DNA of 64,000 nucleotides from Octopus vulgaris. Its lineage: Eukaryota. Location: positions 107,198,001 to 107,262,000 of the forward strand of contig OX597816.1 of assembly GCA_951406725.2 (NCBI GenBank). Reading direction: 5' to 3'. How positions within the stretch are numbered: position 1 is the first letter of the stretch; each line of letters opens with the position of its first letter. This document shows positions 1 to 13,477 of the stretch, in pieces. A program made the translations under genes and the position numbers. Below the pieces are notes generated by a model. That model saw only the letters and a program-made list of their open reading frames with translations, was not told the DNA's origin and searched no databases.

Positions 1-419
1 GTTTGGCAAAAGAGACCATTAATTATTGCAACAGAAGTTTCAGAAATTTTATATGTTTACACTTTGTTTTCTATATTGTTGTTGCTTATCTTTAGATTAG
101 CCCTAACTGAGCAGACATAGGATTAAAAATGACTCTGGCCTGACCATTTTGTCTTTTTGTATATCATGGATGACATTGTTTATTGTATTTTAAGGTAGTA
201 GGGTATTTGGTTTCCATTTCTCGCAGGTGGAGTGGTTGTGTGTCATTGTGACAATTTGTCAAAGACCTGTTGAGGTAATGAACTCTCAGAAATGCCAGGC
301 TTCAACATCTCTATGATTATTGGAATATTGCCCTTATCACTGAAATAAAAACTTTTATAACCTTGGTAGCCTTTATATAATTGCAGGTTACAATCAGATT
401 ATTATTATTATTATCATTA

Positions 420-676
420 ATGGTTTCCTTTCATTATAACTTTATTTCAGCTGTCTTAGTACTAGGCATCCTCTGGAGTAGCAAGGGCACTTTTGTTTTG
501 CTATGCATGCTAAAATTATCACCACATTTATTCCATTTTAGATGGAGAGTGCTTTCAATAATATATGGCTTTTACTCATCAAGGTTATCTTTTGTAGTTC
601 ACAGAAACTGGAGTTACCAGGGAGTTGCTTAATATACTTTTCAGGTCCCTTCTTTATCATTCCCAACACACCAATT
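420..676 (-). mobile_element. R4/Dong-like non-LTR retrotransposon 3' end (restriction-like endonuclease C-terminus)
   Basis: IIGVLGMIKKGPEKYIKQLPGNSSFCELQKITLMSKSHILLKALSI* matches the RLE C-terminal consensus; (TTA)n flanks both sides. Confidence 0.78.
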
Positions 677-1107
677 ATTATTATTATTATTATGTTTTTT
701 CCTTCTTTCTTCAAATTTTCTTCTGTTTCTCGCCGAGTGTTTTCCATACACCTAGGGCAGAGAAGCTCATTGTATGCATCTTTTCAGAGCCATTAAAAAT
801 AAAGTACTGGTTACAAACTGTGGTTGACATGTTAAACCAGGTTAAAAACCTGTGTGTAAAATCTTGTGGAAACTTTCCACAGTGTTAAACCAAACCTAAA
901 CCAGCCCAAATTTGTAACTTATTGTCATGGAATATTATCAGATAGGCTAATATAGTAAATGTAGCTCAAAAACTTAGATTTTAAATGGAAATTATGGTGG
1001 TGATGGTGGTGGTCTTGTCTTATGAGCCCAATTGCTTTATACAGCCGTGTATACTACATGTTAGAAAATTATTATGCTGTTGTGATAATGATCACACAGT
1101 CTATTGT

Positions 1108-1510
1108 GATCATCATCATCATCATTATCATCATCGTCAGCATTGACATCACTGCCAAAGCCATCACCACCACGGCCACCACCACCACCACCACCACCAC
1201 GGCCGCCACCACCACCACCACCACCACTACCGTTATTGTTGTCATCATTATTTCCTTCTCCTCTTCCTGATCATCATCATTATCACCACTACCACTGCTG
1301 CTGCTGCCACCACCACCACCACCACCACCACCATTATCACCACTGCCAAATCCACCACCACTTGCCACCAACAATGCCACCACTACCACTGCCGCCGCCG
1401 CCACCACCCCACCACCACCACCACCAACAACAACAACGAGAACACCATCGTCGTTGTTGTCATTATTTCCTCCTCTTCCTCCTCCTCCTCCTCCTCATCA
1501 TCATCTTCAC
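1108..1510. repeat. Compound (CAT)/(CAC)/(CCT) trinucleotide microsatellite
   Basis: Directly visible. Confidence 0.95.
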
Positions 1511-1867
1511 TGTTATCAATACCCCAAAATAATCTTTTAAAAAATCACAACCCTTTCCTCCCAACAACAAAGAGAACAAAAATAAAAATCTTCCATTGAT
1601 GTTATTTTCAAGTAAAATTTTTGCATCTCTTAAGATGGAGTTGCCTGCAGTCGTCTGTTGAAGTTGTCCCGTTCACTTCCCACCTTTCCTGCACTTTCCT
1701 GTTCCTTTTCCTTTTTCCTCTTTCATTGTGTAACTACCATTCCTTCCTCTTGCAGCTGACTCACATCACTGCTTTGTTCTTTAAGTTAGAATTAGGCTGC
1801 TTGCGTAATGCATCTCATCAGATGTTGTGTTGTGAGTGCTGTTGATGTTTGTGTTGAGGGGTGGCTG

Positions 1868-2480
1868 TGGATAGATGGAAGGATGGATGGATGGATGGGT
1901 GGATGGAATGATGGATAGATGGATGGGTGGATGGATGGATGGATTGATGAGTGTATTGATGGATGGGTTGAGTGGATGGATGGGTGGGTGGAATGATGAT
2001 GGGTGGATGGATAGATGGATGGATGGGCAGATGGATGGAATGATGAATAGGTGGATGGATGGATGGATGGAAGGATGGATGGGTGGATGAAATGGTAAAT
2101 GGGTGAATGGATGGATAGATGAATGGATGGATGGGTGGATGGGTGGATGGGTGGATCGATGATTGTATGGATGGATTGGGCAGATGGATAGATGGATGGG
2201 TAAATGGATAGAAGGATGAATGGGTGCATGGATGAATGGATGGATAGATAAGCAGATAGATGTTTTTACAGACTGATGTACAGATGAAGGAATGGATGGA
2301 TGGATGGATGAGTGTATGGATGGATGGATGGATGGTTGAGTAGATAGATGGATGGATAGGTGGATGGGTGGATGGATAGGTGGATAGATGGATGGAGGCA
2401 TGAATTGATGGATTGATCGATAGAGGAAAGGAGGGAGACACAGAGTGGGATGAATGGAAGCACAGATGGATACATGAAAG
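1868..2480. repeat. (GGAT)n degenerate tetranucleotide array
   Basis: Directly visible; the source of the long IHPS ORFs. Confidence 0.95.
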
Positions 2481-3524
2481 AATATACTGATGGCTTGATG
2501 AACTATGGACAGATAGCAGACACACCTGATGTTTAGATCAGTGATTGTTTGGGTTGGTTTTGACCCCCTTAGACCTTGGCCCCTGTGTCTAAACCACCCC
2601 ACCCATCCACCTGGGCTCCTGAGCAAAAAAAAAAAGAGTAAATAGTTACACATACAGTTGAAGAGTAACGACTGCAAGCAAACTAATGGACAGCATTAGT
2701 TGCATCTTCTGTGTCTATGTGTGTTGTTCATTATTGCTTTACAGGGAATCCAGCAGAGATGATGTTTAACCTTTTCCCACTATAGCAGGAATATGGCATG
2801 ACAGGGTTAAAAGAGAATCTTGATTGTTTGATTTTCATTGATTGGTTGCTTGATTTGTTGTTGTTGTTGTTGGCGGTGGCAGTGGTGGTGGTGGTGGTGG
2901 TGGTGGCAGTGGTGGTGGTGGTGGGTGGCGGTTGCCCTTAATGAATAAATTTATGATTGTTGGTATTCGAGTTGTGATCATCCCTTCTTTTATTTTCCAG
3001 ACAGCTTATCTAAGACAATGTGACCTTCTGTTCTTTGTAACATGCAGGAGATTTGTCTGCTATTATTTTAGCAGGTCTGATGATGACATAGAGGCTCCAT
3101 CATTGTTTGTTATAGTTGAAATTGTTTAGCCCTAGGATAACCCACTGATCCAAAGCAATGTTTCTTAATCCTTTTGACACTGTGGTGCACTGTACATCAA
3201 TAAAAAAAAAAATTACTGGTCCTTATCACATGGAAAAATTACTTATTTTATTGATCCTAAAAGGATAAACGGGTATGATACAAAGGTGTTTGCTGCTTTG
3301 CCTAAGAGATTCATATTAGAGTGAGCAAGAAGAAGGATGGCATTCAACAACAACTGTTTCTGACTTAGGTACAAGGCTAGGAAATTTGGTGGCTAGGGGT
3401 TAATTGATATCATCGATCCCAGTGCTATTCTGATACCTCATTTTATCCCTAGAAGGATTTTTCCTGGCATGCTTGCTGCCTTCATACTACTACTACTACT
3501 ACTACTACTTATAATAATAATAAT

Positions 3525-3738
3525 CATTTCTGCTATAGGCACAAGGCCTGAAATTTTGGAGGAGGGAGCTAGTTGATTCCATTGACCCCAGTGTTTCACT
3601 GGTACTTAATTTATTGAGCCCGAAAGGATGAAAGGCTAAGTTGACCTCAGTGGAATTTCAACTCAGACCGTAGTGATGGGCGAAATACCGCTAAGCATTT
3701 TGTCCAGCATGCTAAAGGTTCTGCCTGCTCGCTGTCTC
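3525..3738 (-). mobile_element. tRNA-derived SINE family C
   Basis: Minus-strand head GGCAGAA..TAGCATGC..GAGTTGAAATTCC, conserved CCTTTCATCCTTTCGGG..AAGTACCAG core and (TTA)n tail. Confidence 0.82.
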
Positions 3739-3751
3739 AATAATAGTAGTA

Positions 3752-3785
<34 letters not shown>

Positions 3786-4157
3786 CACCACCACCAACAA
3801 CAACAACAACAATGATCAGTCTGCTGGCTGTGCACAGCTGACACTTTCCATCATATCCATCAGAATAAGCAGTGTTTTCATCAAATAATAATTATGATTA
3901 TTATAATAATTATAATGAACTTTGGCAATGGATTGTAGTTGTTCTAAGATATAGATGCCTACCTGTGGACTTTCTGCATGTTGCTTTTGGTCTTCCACAC
4001 TTAAGACCCACTAAGTTTCATTAATTCAAAATGCTGGAATGTGTTGTAAGACATCCATCATTTGCTTCATCTTGGATTATCATTAATTATTGTAATAGAA
4101 GTTTGAGAAATTTTACATGCTTACATATGTTTTCTATGTTGTTGTTGCTTAGTATAT

Positions 4158-4329
4158 AGACATAGGAGTGGCTGTGTGGTAAGTAGCTTGCTTACCAACC
4201 ACATGGTTCCGGGTTCAGGCCCACTGCATGGCACCTTGGGCAAGTGTCTTCTACTATAGCCTCGGGCCGACCAAAGCCTTGTGAGAGGATTTGGTAGACG
4301 GAAAATGAAAGCAGCCCATTGTATATATG

Positions 4330-4360
<31 letters not shown>

Positions 4361-4580
4361 ATATGTTTGTGTGTCTGTGTTTGTTCCCCCAACATTGCTT
4401 GACAACCGATGCTGGTGTGTTTACATCCCTGTAACTTAGCGGTTCAGCAAAAGAGACCGATAGAATAAGTACTAGGCTTACAAAGAATAAGTCCTGGGGT
4501 TGATTTGGTCTACTAAATGTGGTGCTCCAGCATGGCCACAGTCAAATGACTGAAACAAGTAAAAGAGTAAAAGAGAGAAA
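4158..4580 (+). mobile_element. tRNA-derived SINE family A, full length
   Basis: A-box-like GGCTGTGTGGTAAG, B-box-like GGTTCAGGCCC, CCTTGGGCAAGTG core, internal (TA)/(TG) tract and AAAAGAG tail; more than 15 copies or fragments in the window. Confidence 0.88.
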
Positions 4581-4924
4581 GAGAGTAGCGTTAAATTAGC
4601 CCAAACAAGCAAGATAAAAAAATGGTTCAAGCTTGACCCTCCTGTTTTATCATATATCAAGAACAACAATATCTATTGTGTTTTCTTATTCTAAAATTGT
4701 AGGTTATTTGGTTTCCATTTCTAGCAGGTTGTTCATTGCTACTGGTGTTGTTGTAAAAGCTGTTGTTTATCACCCAGTTTAGCAGATGTCAACCTCACTC
4801 TCTCATCTGTGTTCAACTTCAACCCTGTGGTAAAACCAGATCATGATGGATGAGAATGGAGACAGATGTAATGAATGACCAAGATATCTTTTTGCCTCAT
4901 CTTGCTCTCTGCATTTCATAATAT

Positions 4925-5180
4925 GTTACTGCAGCTGCCTTCCCCTCCATTGAACCATGAAGCTTTCTTCTGCAGAGTCCACTGGATCCAGTCGCCACAT
5001 GCATTGGCAAGCAAGTCCTAATATACTGATTAACCTATAGCTGGGACTCTGACAGGTGCTATTTCTCTGGATCAGAATAGAACAATAGTGGCTAAGAGGT
5101 GGTTCCACATTCCTCAAGACTCTGGAATTTCTGAACCAGAACTCTACTGCTGGATATTGTAAGTCATACTCAGGACAAAA
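4925..5180 (-). mobile_element. Probable RTE-type 5' UTR fragment
   Basis: Recalled similarity to RTE 5' ends (GGGACTCTGACAGGTGCTA..CCACATTCCTCAA..TCATACTCAGGACA); not confirmed by search. Confidence 0.4.
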
Positions 5181-5274
5181 AAGAAACTAAATTAAATGCC
5201 GCAGGGCATTTTGTCTAATGTTCTAATGATTGCTAATCTGCTAAATGCACCCTGGGAAAAGTGGAGATATAGAT

Positions 5275-5650
5275 GCAAGTATGGCTTGTGGTTAAGAAGC
5301 TTGCCTTATAACTAAATGGTTTAGGGTTCAGTCCCACTGCATGGCACATAGCCTTGGACTGGCTAATACCTTGTGAGTGAATTTGATTGATGGAAACTGT
5401 GTGGAATTCCATCACATGTATGTGTATGTGTGTGTGTTTTTGCATATGTTTTGTGTTTGTTTGTCCTGACGACCTGATAAGCAGTGTTAGTTTGTTTACA
5501 TCCCTGTAACTCAGTAGTTTAGCAAAAGACACTGATAGAATGAGTACCAAACTTAAAAACTAAGTACAGGGGTCGATTTGTTTGACTAAATCCTTCAAGG
5601 CAGTGCCCCAGCATGGGTAAAACAAGAAGAAGCTAAAAGAGAAAAATAAA
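5275..5650 (+). mobile_element. SINE family A
   Basis: Colinear with 4158-4580. Confidence 0.8.
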
Positions 5651-6189
5651 AGACACCTAATTAACTGAGAACCCTAATTGCTAGAGAGGAGAGTAATATT
5701 CAGCAAAAAAAAAACAACACAACTCCTCTAACAATACCAGGTGTGACTGTAGAACAGGGCCAGAAATAATGCAGCACCTATTAACATTTCCTCTAATGCA
5801 AGAACCACACTGGTTTGCTGACCTTCAGTAAAAATGCACAGAAATGTTGTTCAGTGTTGGTTGCATAAAATTTGCAGAAATGTGAAGTCGACTCAATGAT
5901 AAGAATATATCACAGAAAGGAAGAATTTGTGCAATTCGGTTGCAAATAATGGTATTGCTTCTATGCATGTTGCACCAGTGTCTCATCTTTTTTTTATTTT
6001 TCTTCTTTCTGCATTGATTTTTATTACTGCCATACTTCACTGAGCTAAAATGATAATAATGTCTAGTAGCATACACATTTCATATGATGCTGCCAAATGT
6101 AGGTCTATAGGTAGGTAGGTATGGAGTGATAAATTCTGTGTGTATTGAAGAGATGGATTGTAGAGAATATAATGTTAATGCTTCCTTCC

Positions 6190-6267
6190 AATATATATAT
6201 ATATTTATGCACACACACACACACATACATATATATAAGAAGTGCTGTTTTCATATATATATATATA

Positions 6268-6349
<82 letters not shown>

Positions 6350-6362
6350 TATGTATATATAT
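6190..6362. repeat. (TA)n/(CA)n microsatellite
   Basis: Directly visible. Confidence 0.95.
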
Positions 6363-6584
6363 GTTTCTAATCTGGACAGTAGCAGATTTATAACATTAAC
6401 AAATTTGGAATTAATGTAATATTGCTAATTTACATTGTATTACTAATAGTTGTCAACATAATTGTTGCTGTTATTGTCATTGCTATCATCCATCATTGAT
6501 ATCATCATCATCATCATCATTGTTGTTGTCATTGTCATTGCTGTCATCATCATCCTCATCATCATTGATATCGTCATCAAATTT

Positions 6585-6775
6585 AAGCATGGCTGTGTGG
6601 TTAAGAAACTCGTTTTGCAACCATGTGGTTTCAGGTTCAGTTCCAATGTGTGGCACATAGGACAAGTGTTTTCTACTATACTACCAGACTGACTAATACC
6701 TTGCAAGTAAATTTGGTAGACGGAGACTATTTTGAAGCCTGTCATATGTACATGTATGTGTGTGGATGTGTGGGT

Positions 6776-6806
<31 letters not shown>

Positions 6807-7030
6807 ATGGGTTTGTGCTTTAGTGGTTGTCTCCCTACTATTTAACAACTGGTGTTGGTCTTTTTACATCTTGGCACCTAGTAGTTCAGGAAAAGTGACC
6901 AAATGAATTAGTGCTAGACTTAAAAGAATAAGAACTGTGGTTGATTTGTTTGAGTAAACTCTTCAGCGAGGTACCCTGGTATGGCTGCAATCCAATGACA
7001 AAAACAAGGAAAAAATAAAAATAAAATAAA
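6585..7030 (+). mobile_element. SINE family A
   Basis: Colinear with 4158-4580. Confidence 0.8.
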
Positions 7031-7799
7031 GATTCTACAGGGAGATGAGAATCTCAATGTTTCAAGCAAAGTCTTTTGTAATCTTAGAGAGAAATATGTA
7101 AAATGGTTATGATAACACTGAGAATATAGAGTTGAAACTGAAAAGGAAGAAAGAGATATAAAAAGATTAAGAAAGAAGAAGTAACCAAGTGAATAGGGTG
7201 TTAATAGAATGTGCGCATGTTAATAGAATGCTTCCACATATGAACAAGAGTTTTGCCAAACTCCTATTTCAATGACATCAGACAGGAATGAGCAACATTT
7301 TTCGAGAAGCAAACTGCATGAGACATAGCTCATCCCAAGGCAGGCTGTACTCCTAAAGTGTTTTAAGGTAATTTTTCATTGGTGTGTCATTCATAAAGTC
7401 CTGTGGGGTCATAAATTGCCCACGACTAATATAAGGAAACATCAATTTTTTTTTGAAAACAGATGTTTGTTTTCCTCCTCATCATCATTTCTTGGATAAA
7501 TTTGTTGGACAAGGTGACATTATCTTTTGTAATATACCTAATCCACTTCTTTTCCTTGAACTCTTAACTTCTTCAATTTTCTCATTGCCTTTTTTTGTTT
7601 TATAAATTGTTTAATTTATTTTATTTTATTTTTTGAACATAATTTGTGAGTTTCATTTAGGGTACTGCTACAAGCATTGTGGCAAACACCTTCTCCTACC
7701 ATTTTTATGATGGTCATCTAGCAACACATGTAAATATTATTGAAGGTTTTTGCCAACAATATCATCATTATCATCATCATCATCACTGTCATCATCATC

Positions 7800-8005
7800 G
7801 TTGTCGTCGTCATCATCATCATCATTTAATGTCTGTTGTCCATGGGTTGGGTGGTTTGATCAGGGCTGGCAAGCTTGTAGGCTGCACCAGAATCCAGTCT
7901 GATTTAGTATGGTTTCTGTGGCTGGATACCCTTCCTAACATCACCCACTCTGAGAGTGTAATGAGTGCTTTTATGTGCCACCAGTGTGGGTGCCATTTGC
8001 ATAAC
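7800..8005 (-). mobile_element. RTE-tail repeat copy
   Basis: (CAT)n TTTAATGTC..GGATACCCTTCCTAACATCACCCACTC. Confidence 0.7.
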
Positions 8006-8079
8006 ACATAAACAGTTAAAATGTCTGAAAATGAAACTTTATTCAATCTCAGTAACAGAGTAGGTACTTAATCTGAAAA

Positions 8080-8485
8080 TCTTCCACCACAACTTTCTCT
8101 CACTCTTTCTTCCTGTTTCTGTTGTACCTGTATTTCAAAGGGCCAGCCTTGTCACACACTGTGTCACGCTGAATCTCCCCGAGAACTTCGTTAAGGGTAC
8201 ACGTGTCTGTGGAGTGCTTAGCCACTTGCACTTTTAATAAATGAGCTGCGACGTCACTGGTGCCAAGCTGTATTGGCCTTTGCCTTTCCCTTGGATAACA
8301 TCAGTGGCATGGAGAAGGGAGGCTGGTATGCATGGGCGACTGGTATGCATGGGCGACTGGTATGCATGGGCGACTGGTATGCATGGGCGACTGCTGGTCT
8401 TCCATAAACAACCTTGCCCAGACTTGTGCCTCGGAGGGTAACTTTCTAGGTGCAATCCCATAGTCATTCATGACCAAAGGGGTCA
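8080..8485 (+). mobile_element. Composite of SINE 3' portions
   Basis: GC-richer, CpG-retaining block ending at (TA)n; family assignment is from recall only. Confidence 0.5.
8323..8390. repeat. Perfect 4x17-bp tandem repeat (CTGGTATGCATGGGCGA)
   Basis: Directly visible. Confidence 0.95.
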
Positions 8486-8660
8486 CAATATATATATATA
8501 TATGTAAAACATTAAAAGACACTTACCCAAGATGCCATGTAGTCAAGCTGAAACCTAAGACCATGTTGTTGCTAAATGAACTTCTTAACCACACAGCCAT
8601 GCCTATATCTATTACTCTTTACTATCAAATGTTAATTTTACAGCATTTATTTATGCAGTA

Positions 8661-8695
<35 letters not shown>

Positions 8696-9564
8696 CGTGA
8701 TGATGGTGATGATGATGATGATGATGATGATAATGGCTTAAGCTGCTATGTGACTTTTCTTTTGTGAGTGCAATTGCAACTGGAGTTCTCTTAAGGCTGC
8801 AATACAAAAACTAACTAGACATGGGCTGTCTTTTTATATGATGTAATCATATAGTAGTAACAACTGAACTGTTAGCCAGAAAAAGATAGATAGATAGAGA
8901 GTAAGAGAGAAATAGAGAGAAAGGGAGAGAGGGAGAGAGAGAAAAGAAAGTGGGAGAGAGGGAGAGAGAGAAAAGAAAGTGGGAGAGAGGAAAGTGAGGG
9001 AGAGGGTGGAAAGAAAGAACTAGGTAACGGGTTGAATTAACTATATTCCTTCAATCATCATTCATGGTAACTACATGAATACAATATAACGGATGGCTTA
9101 GATACTGACCTACATGTTGACCTAGATATTGACCTAGATACTGACGTAATAATATCAGAAGCTGTCAAAAATTTAGGAACACCTTTTTGATTGCTAAATA
9201 GCCTTCAAGAGTTAGAAGGGAAGCTATGATGATGTAATAACATCAATGTACTATTACGAGAGTTTGTCTTCTATCATGAACCAATGGGGATCCTTTATGT
9301 AGTTACTCAACTTGCTAGAAATAGCAGCCAAATCTCCCTCAATGTCATACCTTTCCATCTTGAATAAAGAAGAATACATTGAATAATGCAGTCACTGATA
9401 TACAAAAAGAAAGGATAGTCATATCCGGAATGCTTTCTTCAGTTCTGCTTGATCAGTGGCCAAACAACAACAGCCAAGACTTGAAGTCAATTTAATTGTC
9501 TGCTATGCTTGACTAATACTTATTTTATCAACTTAGTGGAGATGAAAGGAATAATACTAATAAT

Positions 9565-9780
9565 AATCCTTTCTTATTTTGGAACAAGGCCAACAAATTT
9601 GAAAGGTAGGGAAGTCAATTATATTGAGCCCAATGCTCAACTGGTACTTATTTTATGGAGCCTCAAAGGATGAAAGGCAGAGTCAACCTCAGCAAAATTT
9701 GAACTTGGAAAGAAAAGATGGTTGAACTACTGCTAAGCATTTTGTTTGATATGCTAACAATTCTGCCTGTTTGCCTCCCT
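9565..9780 (-). mobile_element. SINE family C
   Basis: Colinear with 3525-3738. Confidence 0.78.
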
Positions 9781-9799
9781 AATAATGCTAATAATGAGA

Positions 9800-10330
9800 A
9801 TGGGAATAGTCCCAACTTATGGGTAGTGAGATCTCTTAAGTCTTAGTTGACCACCTTTCTAGAGATGGTGTCTGAGTAACAGTACTTGTTGGTGACTAGC
9901 CTTAAAACATGCCTCAATGTTGAGTGAAATTGTACACATGTATTGAATAATAGTGTTAACGAGGCTTGAGCAAATGGTGTAGGTCTTTCACCTATTAGGT
10001 GCCCCATGGTTGAGCAGTACAGGCCCAGTTATCATTCCAGAAACCACTCATACTCAAAGTCAAAGGCAAAGAAAATGGTGGGGACAAGGAAGCAAACTGA
10101 GCTATAACTAATTGCTGGATCAGAAGTGAACCCAATAGAAATGGATACCTAAAATGCTTGAAGTCAAAATGGGATGAAATAAGACTCTTTGAGATAAGTG
10201 AGCAATGGTTAGCCAATCAAGAAAGAGCAATAAGAACAAATGAGTGGCTAAGAGACATGGAAATTGAAGAAATAAAAAGGAAATTTGTAGATAGTGTGTC
10301 TATTGAAGATAGAGAAATAACAATGGGATC
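9800..10330 (+). mobile_element. R4/Dong-like element 5' portion
   Basis: RSEPNRNGYLKCLKSKWDEIRLFEISEQWLANQERAIRTNEWLRDMEIEEIKRK resembles the R4/Dong N-terminal domain (EQRLADQ.R.I..N.WL...E.EEI); a TAA-like tract precedes it. Confidence 0.7.
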
Positions 10331-11067
10331 TTGTTCCATATATCACTAGACTCACTAATCTCCTCTCAACTTCCAAAATGAGGTATAATTCCTTAACAAC
10401 TTTATGGTCCTAGATGTCCATACAAATCCATCTGACAATATATTGTTGTCAGTTACTTTCACTTTTCTTCTCAATATCTGCAAAAGTAATGAGAGACCAA
10501 GAATCCATATTGGTATCAATATTTCTGGCCATGATCCTTATTATTTCTCTTACTCATGTAGTTTGCACTATTGTATGGGAAAACATATACCATATGGGTC
10601 TTGTCTGTCTTATTGCCGTATCCTCAGTCTTAAATAACAGGCAGATACTTTCATGTCCTGCTCCTATCAAGGGAGAATACTACTTACCACACGTAAAGTA
10701 GAGCTGCCTCTGACTTCTCTTATGAGGGTTCATGGAAGCCTCTACATTTTGTCAAACAAATCCATGTCTTTAACCTGTTGCCATATCTGAGAGAAAAAAA
10801 AAGAAGAGAAAAAAAAACAAAGTATGATAGTCACACCTGGAATCCCTCTGATCATGTTTTGCTCATTTAGAATTGACTTCAGTCTAAATAGCAAGCCTAG
10901 GATGAGATAGCTGAGGTAATATAGAATAAAGTGTCCTTCTATGTAACAAAACACCTCCAATTGATTAGATCCTAGAATTAATTAGTTGATACATTTCAAA
11001 ACCTTATTCACTTGGTAGTTATGATTCTTTTTAACTCCTGCTTAATAATGGTCGTTGTTGCTATTAT

Positions 11068-11250
11068 TGTTGTTCAACCTCAGGCCAGTCTTGATTAAAT
11101 GAATCTATAGTCAAAAGTATTTCAGCCATGACCATCTCATATTTTTGTAAATAAAGGTTTATATTGTTAAATGTATCTATCTTTATTTAAGAAGGAAATT
11201 TGGTTACTATTTTGAGTAGGTTTAGTGACCACATAGAGATTCCTCTTGCT
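11068..11250. repeat. Old dispersed repeat family E (ATTTGGCTGCTATTTCTAGCAGG motif)
   Basis: Related copies at ~80-240, 3000-3150, 9285-9470, 11870-11975, 26950-27140, 28415-28615, 32155-32280 and 42690-42770. Confidence 0.6.
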
Positions 11251-12739
11251 GGTTTTTCGTTAAAATATATGCTGTTGGTGAGGAGCCCTGACTTTTCAAG
11301 GGAAGCCATCTTTCTGACTGCTATCTTCAACGAGTCAAGATGGCTTATCCTGTCCTTCTCATAAGCTGTCTCCTTAATGCGTTCAAAATAATTTTCCCAT
11401 CGTCTTGGCTTAACAGCCCTCATCGTTTGTTTTTACAGTGTTATTCTCCTTGTCCTGTCTTTTACTGCTTTTATTTGAATTGCTTTTACTGTCTTGTTTT
11501 GTTTTTACTGTCCTGTTCTTGTTACCATTTTTACCCCTCCACAAAAAATCCCAAATTTTATTTAATTTGCTTTGTGGGAAGGACTGTTTCAATGAAGTTG
11601 CGTCTTGTCCTTACCTTCAAAACGTGGAGTAGACGAAACAGGGACAACTGAAGAAGGGGAATATTCCTTGTGTTGTATGTCTTGTACTCTGTTTTTTCGA
11701 TGTTTGAAAAAAAGTTTGTTCCTATGTTTTTGTTTCTCATTGTGTTCAACGTTTTTTTGGTGTCCCGTACCCATATATGCTTGTATATATACATATAGAT
11801 GTAGGTATGTACATATATGTATGTATATATGCATATGTTTATATATAATTTATGTTATTATATATAGAACGACATTGTCCTATGTATCCTTTCTGAAGAC
11901 AATAGAGTGTAATCTTGGGGAAATTTGGTTGATATTTCTAACAGGTTTACACAATCACACAAAAGCTCTTCACTGATTCATGCTTAAAATATTATGGAAA
12001 AAGGTGCTTTATAATTGGATTTCTCTACCTATTACTGTCTTCCTCTTCTCATTGATTTGTAATTTTTTCTCTCAAAATATATTCATTCTCTCAATACTGA
12101 ATGCAATGCTTTTAACTGGATTTAATCCTATAAATCACATTACCATATGCTATTGCTAGTTCCATGCCTACATAGACAACATACTGCATGGATAATTAAG
12201 CATCTCTATGGCTCTTGAGATTCATTGGAGAGTAAGTGCTTGACAATTTTTATCACTGAATATTTGTGTTAGGTTAGCAACGTATTCCAAAGGTCAGACA
12301 GTGACTTTGATAACGGACAGATCACAATCAATAAATAAATACTTCCAAAACATGAAGTCATGAATCTGTTGTGCTCAATATATCTCGAGATGGATTTCCT
12401 CTGAGAAATATTCTATAACAAATATCCACCATGTATTGTCGCTAATAATGACCAAATATCTGACTTTATCAGTCTGTGATCTTGCCTTGCATTTATGTGT
12501 CTTCTTCAGTATATGCATGTATGTGTGTGTGTGTGAGAAATGGGTGTGCATGAATACATATGTTGAATTCTCTGTGTGAACATGTGATGGAATGATGTCA
12601 CTACTTGTGTGTCATTTCACTGTGGTATGTTACTGGAAGTAAACATGTGATAGTAAATATGTATCATTCCGTTTCCAGTATATGTGTATAGAAACACATG
12701 ATTGTCTATCTCTGTGTTCATACATATATTGTATGATAT

Positions 12740-12906
12740 TTCTCTGTGTATGAACATTTTTGTATGTATTTGCATATATGTATGTGTGTGTATATGCATG
12801 TCTGTGTGCATACGTGCATATGTGTTTGTGTGTGTGCATACATGCATATGTGTTTGTGTATGTGTTTGTGTGTGTGTATGTATGTGTGCATGCATGTGTG
12901 TATGTA

Positions 12907-12943
<37 letters not shown>

Positions 12944-13075
12944 ATGTGTATGTGCATGCATGTGTGTATGTGTGCATGCATGCATATGTGAATGTGTGTG
13001 TGTATGTATTTGTATGTGTGTGTGATGTGGTGGTGTGTGTGTGTGTGCATTTGTGTGTACATATGATTGTGTGTC
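12740..13075. repeat. (TG)n/(TATG)n microsatellite field
   Basis: Directly visible. Confidence 0.95.
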
Positions 13076-13477
13076 ATACTAGTTTATAGATAAGTACTTA
13101 CTTGTAGTTCGTATACCACTTCATGTGATGTTGTAAATATGTAGACTGCATGTCACATGAATGGTACCACAGTTCATGTGATAACATTCTTGTGACAACA
13201 TTCACACGTGCTTTTAAAATCTTTTAACCATTTAGTCAGAAGAGGAAGGTCAGTGTACGCCATTCTTTACAGGGTTTTTTAGATACTGGAATACAACTAA
13301 AATAAGAATCAGTTCTAATGTTCTCTGAGTATGTATGTGAAAACGGTGACATATATAATCATATTTCATTTTTTTCAAATTTTTCTTATTCCTTGTCTTC
13401 TACTCCTTAATGAAGTCACGATGTAAAATGATGTTTAAAAAATTTCTTTGTTTATTTTTTGTCTTTTAGTATTGTAA

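Noticed and set aside
1022-1532. Poly-Pro/His/Thr ORFs
   Set aside because: Trinucleotide microsatellite artefacts; the same applies to the [12 protein letters not shown] ORFs across the window.
1781-2677. 298-aa and overlapping IHPS-rich ORFs
   Set aside because: Translation of the (GGAT)n microsatellite; stop-free because of composition.
11187-11423. 78-aa minus ORF loosely like a Tc1/mariner C-terminus
   Set aside because: Similarity too weak to call without a search.
11585-11790. Possible permuted hammerhead in a repeat-like block
   Set aside because: GAAA and CTGAAGA are too close and stem I cannot form; left as an unclassified repeat.
12209-12238. ATG GCT CTT..AGA|GTAAGT as the FLVCR start exon
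   Set aside because: It ends in phase 0 while the FLVCR exon needs phase 1; no other support.
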